A program made the position numbers and the translations under genes. 55,218 nt of DNA from an uncultured Erysipelotrichaceae bacterium (GTDB lineage: Bacteria; Bacillota_I; Bacilli_A; Erysipelotrichales; Erysipelotrichaceae). Location: contig CAZCSQ010000001.1 of assembly GCA_964501425.1 (NCBI GenBank), positions 1 through 55,218 of the forward strand. Reading direction: 5' to 3'. The notes under the pieces are model-generated. The model saw nothing but the letters and a program-made list of their open reading frames with translations, made no database searches and had not been told where the DNA came from. Shown in pieces: positions 48,383 through 55,218 of the stretch. The stretch's first letter is position 1, and each line of letters begins with the position of its first letter.

Positions 48383-48587
48383 TTTGATCTATGCCGTATT
48401 TTTTATTGAACTTCTCAACACGTCCTTGAGCCTGTAAGAATCTTTGCTTACCGGTATAGAACGGATGGCAGTTACTACAGGTATCAACACGAATCTCTTT
48501 TCTTGTTGAACCGGTCTCGAATTCATTGCCACATGATGTGCATACGACGCTTGCGACATTATGAGCCGGATGTATTCCTTTTTTCAT
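48378..48587 (-). CDS. rpmE: 50S ribosomal protein L31 (zinc-binding type A)
   Basis: MKKGIHP start and four Cys (CTSCG...[10 protein letters not shown]). Confidence 0.96.
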   Translation of the reverse strand: MKKGIHPAHNVASVVCTSCGNEFETGSTRKEIRVDTCSNCHPFYTGKQRFLQAQGRVEKFNKKYGIDQK

Positions 48588-48675
48588 ACTTTTTCTCCTT
48601 CCGCCTTGGAAATCTTATCAATCCAAAGTAAGTTTGCTAATACATGTTACCACAACAATTATGTTATTGCAATAA

Positions 48676-49386
48676 TTATTCTTTAAAGGCAAACAAAGCG
48701 ATACCAACCGCAATTGGTAAGCTTAAGCTATCAATATTGGTGTTATGATCTATCCTTATTCCTGTACCAATATGATCAAATTCAGCTGATAGACCACTTG
48801 CTTCATTACCAAAGATTAGTGAATATTTTGAACTAGTTGTTTTCTGTAACGTTGTCTCTCCATTAAGTCTAAACGTAAATAATTCACGCGGTGATACCGA
48901 CTCAAGATAAGCATAAAATGAATCAAAGTAAGAAAACCGGACATGGAATAACGCTCCCATACTCGCCCTGATCACTTTAGGATCAAAGATATCGACACCT
49001 GGCTTTATGATTGCGATATCTAATACATCAAAGCCTGTCGCTGTTCTAATGATCGTCCCTAAGTTACCCATGTTTGATGGATCGACTAAAACTAAATGAT
49101 TTGTATCTGGATTGATTGACGAGGCGAACTTGCTAAATTCACCAATCACTAAACAGTTTTCTTTTCTTGTTAAACGGTTGATTGCTCGATCATTTATTTC
49201 ATGGGTTATATTATGCTTATCACATAGAGCAATGAATTTATCATATTCACTACTTTTTAAAAAAGCACTATGGAAGTATACCTTTTGCACAAAAGTGCTT
49301 TTTTCAATCAATAACTCATAAGTTAAAGAAGCGCCTAAAGCGTAACTTGTTTCATTAGTTTTTTTATAGATATGACCAAGTTCCAT
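48676..49386 (-). CDS. TrmH/SpoU family RNA 2'-O-methyltransferase
   Basis: NMGNLGTIIRTA, LIFGNEASGL and SLSLPIAVGIALF SPOUT motifs. Confidence 0.85.
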   Translation of the reverse strand: MELGHIYKKTNETSYALGASLTYELLIEKSTFVQKVYFHSAFLKSSEYDKFIALCDKHNITHEINDRAINRLTRKENCLVIGEFSKFASSINPDTNHLVLVDPSNMGNLGTIIRTATGFDVLDIAIIKPGVDIFDPKVIRASMGALFHVRFSYFDSFYAYLESVSPRELFTFRLNGETTLQKTTSSKYSLIFGNEASGLSAEFDHIGTGIRIDHNTNIDSLSLPIAVGIALFAFKE

Positions 49387-49401
49387 ATTTACCTCTTTTA
49401 A

Positions 49402-49414
49402 GTGATTATATCAT
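49402..49414 (-). promoter_or_regulatory. Candidate extended -10 promoter (ATGATATAATCAC) for the trmH-family gene; left arm of a 13 bp inverted repeat
   Basis: The minus strand reads ATGATATAATCAC, which contains TGnTATAAT. Confidence 0.5.
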
Positions 49415-49443
49415 AATATTTTCTCATAAAATGAGCCGTTTTA

Positions 49444-49456
49444 ATGATATAATCAC
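49444..49456 (+). promoter_or_regulatory. Candidate extended -10 promoter (ATGATATAATCAC) for the DUF1846 gene; right arm of the inverted repeat
   Basis: The plus strand reads ATGATATAATCAC, about 25 nt upstream of the AAAGGAG RBS. Confidence 0.5.
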
Positions 49457-49481
49457 ATTGTTGATTTAAAGGAGATAATCT

Positions 49482-50969
49482 ATGGATAAAATTGCTTTTA
49501 ATACTGAGCGTTATATACAAATGCAGACCCAAAAGATCATGGAAAGAGTCAATATGTACAACAATAAACTCTATTTAGAGTTTGGTGGAAAACTCTTTGA
49601 CGACAACCATGCTGCCCGTGTTATTCCTGGATTTTCACCAGATACGAAGATCAAGATGTTAATGAATATGGCTGATCAAGTTGAGATCATCGTTGCGATA
49701 AATGCTAATGATATCCAAAAAAACAAGATTCGTGGTGATCTTGGTATTACTTACGATCAAGAAGTACTACGTTTGATCGATGCTTTTCAAGCCATACAAC
49801 TATATGTAAGCAGTGTTGTCTTTACTCAATATACTAAACAAAGTGCCGCTGATAAATTTCGCCAACAATTAAAAAGATTAGGGATCAAAACATATCTTCA
49901 TTATCCAATCAATGGCTATCCCACAAATGTGGCCGAGATCGTCAGTGAAAATGGTTATGGTAAAAATGACTACATTAAGACCACAAGACCATTGGTTGTC
50001 GTGACTGCACCAGGTCCAGGTAGTGGAAAGCTAGCCACTTGTTTATCACAGTTGTATCATGAAAACAAAAACGGAGTTATTGCTGGTTATGCTAAATTTG
50101 AAACTTTCCCTATTTGGAATTTACCACTTAGACATCCCATCAATCTGGCCTATGAAGCCGCTACTGCCGACCTTAATGATGTAAATATGATTGATCCTTT
50201 TCATCTTGATGCCTATGGCATCAAGACTGTTAACTATAATCGTGATGTGGAAGTATTTCCCGTATTACAAGCTATCTTTATGAAGATCTTTAATGAATGT
50301 CCCTATAAATCACCTACTGATATGGGGGTAAATATGGTAGGTTTTTGCATAACTGATGAACAACTGGCGATCAATGCGGCTCAAAATGAGATAATTCGTC
50401 GTTACTTCCAGGCTTTAGTTGAATATCGTATGGGTTTATCTGATGATGGGGCTAGTCAAAAGATTTCTCTATTAATGAATCAAGCTAATATTTCGGTAAA
50501 TGATCGCAAAGTCGTAGAGATTGCTTTACACAAAGCTACTAAGACAGGGCTGCCTGCTGTTGCCATCGAACTAGCGGATGGAAGAATAGTTACTGGAAAG
50601 ACATCATCACTACTTGGAGCTTCCAGTGCTGCGTTATTAAACGCCCTTAAGACACTCGCTAATATCGATGACAAGATTACATTGATTTCACCTCTTGTTA
50701 TCCAACCTATTCAAGAATTAAAGATTAACATGTTAAAAAACAACAATCCTCGTCTTCATACAGATGAATTATTGATTGCGTTAGCGATCGCTGCTCAATC
50801 AGATCCAATCGCTCGATTGGCATTTGATCAAATTCCTGAATTAAAAAACAGCCAATTACACTCGACTGTTATTTTATCATCGGTTGATCTTAACATCTTC
50901 CGTAAATTGGATGTTAATGTTACATGTGAGCCAATCTATCAAACAAAGAAACTATATCATCGCAAATAA
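49482..50969 (+). CDS. DUF1846 (UPF0371) family protein, function unknown
   Basis: 495 aa. The N-terminal FNTERYIQMQTQKI..R......KLYLEFGGKLFDD.HA.RV.PGF pattern is as I recall it for UPF0371 proteins of Firmicutes. Confidence 0.7.
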   Translation: MDKIAFNTERYIQMQTQKIMERVNMYNNKLYLEFGGKLFDDNHAARVIPGFSPDTKIKMLMNMADQVEIIVAINANDIQKNKIRGDLGITYDQEVLRLIDAFQAIQLYVSSVVFTQYTKQSAADKFRQQLKRLGIKTYLHYPINGYPTNVAEIVSENGYGKNDYIKTTRPLVVVTAPGPGSGKLATCLSQLYHENKNGVIAGYAKFETFPIWNLPLRHPINLAYEAATADLNDVNMIDPFHLDAYGIKTVNYNRDVEVFPVLQAIFMKIFNECPYKSPTDMGVNMVGFCITDEQLAINAAQNEIIRRYFQALVEYRMGLSDDGASQKISLLMNQANISVNDRKVVEIALHKATKTGLPAVAIELADGRIVTGKTSSLLGASSAALLNALKTLANIDDKITLISPLVIQPIQELKINMLKNNNPRLHTDELLIALAIAAQSDPIARLAFDQIPELKNSQLHSTVILSSVDLNIFRKLDVNVTCEPIYQTKKLYHRK

Positions 50970-51527
50970 TACATAACTTAATGTTCCAACCAATCCTGAT
51001 CCAAAGATGATCATGATGGGATTGATTTTGTATCTGCGCATTAGGAATAAAGAAGCCGCAAATATGACAACTTCAATAACCTGAATATTATCTAAATTAA
51101 TGGTTTGATAATCGTTTGCTTTAAACAAGGCCATTACTAAGATTGAAAATCCAGCCGAGAGGATCATCGCCACTACCAGTGGTCTGATCCTTTTTAGTAT
51201 CCTTTTAACTATATCTAAATCTTTATATTGTTTATATAACCACGATAGTAATAAAACGATAATAAGTGATGGCACAACGCTTCCTAAAGTACTTACTACT
51301 GCTTCTAAGAATCCATCGATCTTCATCCCAACAAAGGTAGCGGCGTTAATAACGATTGGTCCTGGTGTCATTTCCGCTATGGTGATCAAATTGATAAACT
51401 CATTAACTGTTAACCAATGATATCTTTCAACGACCATACTTTGAATAAGTGGTACAGCAGCGTATCCCCCACCAAAACTAAATAAGCCTATCTCAAAGAA
51501 ACAGAAAAATATCTTAAGCAACTCCAT
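50952..51527 (-). CDS. chrA: Chromate transporter family protein (short-chain CHR, C-terminal-type half)
   Basis: FGGGYAAVPLIQ and the MTPGP motif, 191 aa. Paired with the adjacent half gene. Confidence 0.85.
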   Translation of the reverse strand: MELLKIFFCFFEIGLFSFGGGYAAVPLIQSMVVERYHWLTVNEFINLITIAEMTPGPIVINAATFVGMKIDGFLEAVVSTLGSVVPSLIIVLLLSWLYKQYKDLDIVKRILKRIRPLVVAMILSAGFSILVMALFKANDYQTINLDNIQVIEVVIFAASLFLMRRYKINPIMIIFGSGLVGTLSYVLFAMI

Positions 51528-52098
51528 GAGCTTTAACTACCTTTCTGTTTTGGATCAATTCAAGTCCTATCGCTAGGGCTAACCCTAGTAAGATTAAAAC
51601 TACCGTATCCACCTTTACAAAATAAGATAAGATAAAAGCAACTGCCATCATTAGGATATTAAAGATATCTTTAGATTTAAAGACATCCTTCATTAAACTC
51701 AATGCGGCATCAATGATTACCGCAGCTACACCACTACGCATAACCTTTAAGGCAATCTGGACAAGCTTGTTATCGATAAACATTGCATAAAAAATAGAAA
51801 TAAACGTTATGATAAATAACGGTGGTAAGATCGTCGCTAACATAGCTACCAGTGATCCTTTGATACCTTTTAATTGATAACCAAATAAGATTGATGCATT
51901 AACAGCCAAAGAGCCCGGAGCGCTTTGAGCTAACGCTGTAATATTTAAGATCTCATCCTTATCAATCCACTGTAATTCATCACAAAATTTCTTCTGCATC
52001 AATGTTATTATCACAAATCCGCCACCAAAGGTAGACATACTGATCAGAAACATTGACTTAAATAATACCCAATAAGTGTTTTCCTCTATTTTGCTCAT
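51514..52098 (-). CDS. chrA: Chromate transporter family protein (short-chain CHR, N-terminal-type half)
   Basis: FGGGFVIITLMQ and the SAPGS motif, 194 aa. Overlaps the partner gene by 14 nt. Confidence 0.85.
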   Translation of the reverse strand: MSKIEENTYWVLFKSMFLISMSTFGGGFVIITLMQKKFCDELQWIDKDEILNITALAQSAPGSLAVNASILFGYQLKGIKGSLVAMLATILPPLFIITFISIFYAMFIDNKLVQIALKVMRSGVAAVIIDAALSLMKDVFKSKDIFNILMMAVAFILSYFVKVDTVVLILLGLALAIGLELIQNRKVVKAHGVA

Positions 52099-52176
52099 AA
52101 CACTTATTATATTGACTTAACTTACATAAGTATATTAATATTATTTTATAGAATACATATCAAATAGGTAATACAT

Positions 52177-53049
52177 ATGACATTAAGACATTTTAAGATA
52201 TTTATTAGTGTAGTTAAGCATAAAAGCATCACTTTAGCCGCTAAAAGTCTCTTTATGACCCAACCGGCCGTTTCTTTAGCTATAAAGGAAATGGAACTTT
52301 ATTATGGTGTTAAATTATTCGATCGTTTATCTAGAAAACTCTTTATCACGGTTGAAGGTCAAAAGGTTTATGATTCGGCACTAACGATCATGAAAAGTGT
52401 TGATGATCTTTATGATCAGATCCAACTAGGTTCTTATCCCAATCAAATTAAGATTGGAGCCTCGATTACCTTTGGGGCTTATTATTTACCAAAGCTATTA
52501 AGTGAATCTTTATTGGTCAATCCTGATATTAATTGTACGATCACTAATTCAGGTGAATTGATCAACGCTGTGTTAAAACATGAACTAGATTTTGCGATCG
52601 TTGAAGATCCTCTATTATCGGATAAACTTGTATCACTGCCGCTTGTCAATGATCAATTAGTGTTGGTCATTAATCAAGACAATCATTTAGCTCAAGAAAG
52701 ATCAATCAGTCTTAATCAATTAAGAACACAATCATTTTTACTAAGAGAAAAAGATAGTGGAACAAGAAAGATTATTGATAGTGTTTTCTTAACTCATAAC
52801 TTCGTTGTAGAACCACGCATGGAAAGTACTTCAACTGTCGCCCTTCTTGAAGCTGTTAAATACAATTTAGGTGTAACTATTATTTCACAACGGATGATCG
52901 ATCTTCTTCAGCCGCAAAACACACTCATCAAACCAATTAGAAATGTAAGTTTTGAAAGACCTTTTACCTTAATATACGTCAAAAATAAATATATCAGTCC
53001 CGGTATAGCCGAATTGATCGAACGCTTTAAAGATATAAACTTAAACTAA
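52177..53049 (+). CDS. LysR family transcriptional regulator
   Basis: N-terminal HTH (LRHFKIFISVVKHKSITLAAKSLFMTQPAVSLAIKEME) with a substrate-binding domain. Divergent from the chrA pair. Confidence 0.92.
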   Translation: MTLRHFKIFISVVKHKSITLAAKSLFMTQPAVSLAIKEMELYYGVKLFDRLSRKLFITVEGQKVYDSALTIMKSVDDLYDQIQLGSYPNQIKIGASITFGAYYLPKLLSESLLVNPDINCTITNSGELINAVLKHELDFAIVEDPLLSDKLVSLPLVNDQLVLVINQDNHLAQERSISLNQLRTQSFLLREKDSGTRKIIDSVFLTHNFVVEPRMESTSTVALLEAVKYNLGVTIISQRMIDLLQPQNTLIKPIRNVSFERPFTLIYVKNKYISPGIAELIERFKDINLN

Positions 53050-53068
53050 AAATAGACGATGTTATCGT

Positions 53069-54340
53069 CTATTTTTCTTCAACCTCTTCGCGCCAGATGT
53101 TAGCACCAAGTTCCTTTAATTTACCATCGATATTCTCATATCCACGTTCGATATGTTCAATATCGGTAATCGTTGTTATACCCTCTGCGATCAAGCCCGC
53201 CACAACCAAACTAGCTCCACAACGTAGATCAGTAGCTCTTACTTCATCTCCATATAAAGGAGTTGGTCCGGTGATTGAGCATGATGGAGGCGTTACCTGA
53301 ATCTCAGCACCCATTCGGTGTAACTCAATACATTGCTTAAATCTTTCAGGATAGATCGTTTCTTTGATACTAGATATCCCATATGCTTGGGTTAATAAAG
53401 CGGTGATTGGCTGCTGTAGATCGGTCGCAAACCCCGGGTATGGTAAAGTTTGAATATCCACAGCTCTGATGTTTTCTTTACGTTTGATCACTACTTTATC
53501 AATACCAACTTCAATATCTACTTCCATTTCCTTCAATTTTGAGATCAAAGACTCTAAGTGTTGTGGAATGATATTCTCGATTGTCATATTTTCAGCTGCT
53601 GCTGCAGCGATGATGATAAATGTTCCTGCTTCAATACGATCAGGGATAATTTCATGAAAACAACCATTCAATGATTCAACACCATCAATGGTTATAACAC
53701 TTGTACCAACACCACGAATCTGAGCACCCATTTTATTTAGCATTGTCGCTACATCAATGATCTCTGGTTCTTTGGCGGCGTTTTCAATTACTGTTCGCCC
53801 TTTCGCATAAACCGCAGCCATCATAATATTGATCGTTGCTCCAACACTGGCGATATCAAGATAAATGCTTGTGCCTATTAGTTCTTTGGCATAGATATGG
53901 TAAGAACCCTTAACATATTCTACTGTCGCACCAAGCGCTTCAAAACCCTTCAAGTGAAGATCAATAGGTCTTGGACCTAGATCACAACCGCCTGGCATTC
54001 TCATCTTAACTTCTTTGTATCTTCCTAATAATGCACCCATAAAATAATAGGAAGCTCTTAGTTTAGTTACGACACTATGGTCAAGAGGGATGTTGGTCAT
54101 CTGTGTAGGATCGATCATTATATGATCCTCATCTTTACGAGTAACCTTAACGTTTAACTCTTGTAAGATCAAACTTAAAGAAGCCACATCAGCTATTTGA
54201 GGTACACCATATATTGTAACACTGCCGGTTTTAGCCAAGATCGCTGCCGGTATTAAAGCTACCGTCGCATTCTTGGAACCACTTATTCTAACTTTACCAT
54301 TTAGTAAATGTTTGCCTTCAATTTTAAGAACTTTACTCAT
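53069..54340 (-). CDS. murA: UDP-N-acetylglucosamine 1-carboxyvinyltransferase
   Basis: [13 protein letters not shown], the active-site loop [15 protein letters not shown] and GFATDLQ. Confidence 0.96.
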   Translation of the reverse strand: MSKVLKIEGKHLLNGKVRISGSKNATVALIPAAILAKTGSVTIYGVPQIADVASLSLILQELNVKVTRKDEDHIMIDPTQMTNIPLDHSVVTKLRASYYFMGALLGRYKEVKMRMPGGCDLGPRPIDLHLKGFEALGATVEYVKGSYHIYAKELIGTSIYLDIASVGATINIMMAAVYAKGRTVIENAAKEPEIIDVATMLNKMGAQIRGVGTSVITIDGVESLNGCFHEIIPDRIEAGTFIIIAAAAAENMTIENIIPQHLESLISKLKEMEVDIEVGIDKVVIKRKENIRAVDIQTLPYPGFATDLQQPITALLTQAYGISSIKETIYPERFKQCIELHRMGAEIQVTPPSCSITGPTPLYGDEVRATDLRCGASLVVAGLIAEGITTITDIEHIERGYENIDGKLKELGANIWREEVEEK

Positions 54341-54396
54341 ATTTCTACCTCTATCTTAATTATAACCTACATTACACAAATAAAAAGATGAAAAAC

Positions 54397-54762
54397 TCAA
54401 TAATCTTGTTCCTCATCATCTGAATTATTTGATCCTTTTTCATCTTCATCACTATCTTCGAAATCAATATCAATATCATCACTATAATCTTCATCTTCAT
54501 CATCGATTAAAATAGCGCTTGTATCAATATGCGTTTCTGTGTATTTGTGTCTTTCTCTTAGGTCCCACTTATTATCAGCTAATAAGGTGAATCTAGTATC
54601 CAACATTAAAGCAGAATAAAACGATGCGATCTTGTTGGTTGTTTGTGCTTCACTTAAACCTAATACTTTACTAACTTCTTGCCATAATTGGCCGAAAACA
54701 GCGACTGTTTTCTCTTTCTTCATGATCTCATACGCGACATCAGTCATTGATCTGCTACTCAT
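54397..54762 (-). CDS. rpoE: DNA-directed RNA polymerase delta subunit
   Basis: MTDVAYEIMKK...F..LW.EV N-domain with a poly-acidic C-terminal tail. Confidence 0.88.
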   Translation of the reverse strand: MSSRSMTDVAYEIMKKEKTVAVFGQLWQEVSKVLGLSEAQTTNKIASFYSALMLDTRFTLLADNKWDLRERHKYTETHIDTSAILIDDEDEDYSDDIDIDFEDSDEDEKGSNNSDDEEQDY

Positions 54763-54768
54763 AATACC

Positions 54769-55218
54769 TCACATTCTTTCAGGTGCTGATACACCGATCA
54801 ACATTAATGCATTCTTTAATGTTATCTTAACAGCGGTGACTAAAGCTAATCTTTGCGAGCTTAGATCTACCTCATTTGGATCTAATACCTTACATTCCCC
54901 ATAGAAGCTATGAAATAAAGCAGCTAATTTTTGAATATAATTACAGATCTTATGAGGTTGTCTTGTTGTAGCGGCGTCACTAACCACTTTTGGAAACTCA
55001 TTAATATATTTTATTAGATCGATCTCTTTTGGATCGTTTAATAACTCATAACTAGAAGCTTGTGTATATTCTTCACCACTACGTAGTATTGAACATACCC
55101 TAGCATGAGCATATTGGGCGTAATAGACAGGATTATCATTGGATTGTTTTACAGCCATATCAAGATCAAAGTCCATATGGGTATCGGCAGCTCTACTGGC
55201 AAAATAGTAACGAACAGC
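54769..55218 (-). CDS. argS: Arginine--tRNA ligase, C-terminal part (the 5' end lies outside the window)
   Basis: The frame stays open to the window edge (AVRYYFASRAADTHMDFDLD...NPVYYAQYAHARVCSIL), which is the DALR anticodon-binding domain. The track ORF starts at an internal Met. Confidence 0.92.
   Translation of the reverse strand, partial: AVRYYFASRAADTHMDFDLDMAVKQSNDNPVYYAQYAHARVCSILRSGEEYTQASSYELLNDPKEIDLIKYINEFPKVVSDAATTRQPHKICNYIQKLAALFHSFYGECKVLDPNEVDLSSQRLALVTAVKITLKNALMLIGVSAPERM

Overview
This 55.2 kb window is a gene-dense chromosomal segment from a low-GC Gram-positive bacterium (Bacillota). I call about 58 protein genes, and roughly 90% are on the minus strand. UGA is a stop codon: RF2 is present and is itself regulated through an in-frame UGA, so this is not a code-4 mollicute. 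murA, mreB/mbl and a tagO-like gene imply a cell wall.

The right two thirds keep a Bacillus subtilis-like housekeeping order, read in the direction of transcription (right to left in the window):
- argS-rpoE-murA
- rpmE-tdk-prfA-prmC-tsaC-glyA-upp-atpIBEFHAGDC-ywzB-mbl-tagO
- tilS-hpt-ftsH-hslO-dusB-lysS

I found no rRNA, tRNA, CRISPR array, transposase, integrase or prophage genes.

The parts that are not routine are:
1. A seven-gene, translationally coupled CUT1-type ABC importer operon (17708-26051). It encodes three apparently cytoplasmic phosphoesterases: an RNase J/beta-CASP-like MBL protein, an NPP-family phosphodiesterase and a 5'-nucleotidase-family metallophosphatase. I read it as a candidate import-and-dismantle system for oligonucleotides or another phosphodiester nutrient. 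This is my best candidate for an undescribed system.
2. A cobalamin riboswitch (about 13388-13540). It drives a B12 acquisition module (DUF4430-like binding protein, ECF S-component-like membrane protein, PduO-type adenosyltransferase) that sits directly upstream of the class II ribonucleotide reductase gene nrdJ.
3. A near-perfect CIRCE operator abutting the htpG ribosome-binding site.
4. A solitary alpha-class (D12/Dam-like) N6-adenine DNA methyltransferase with no restriction partner.
5. The classical prfB +1 frameshift site.
6. A comFA-comFC-csp arrangement with overlapping reading frames.

All functional calls come from reading motifs in the supplied translations and in the DNA. No database search was run.
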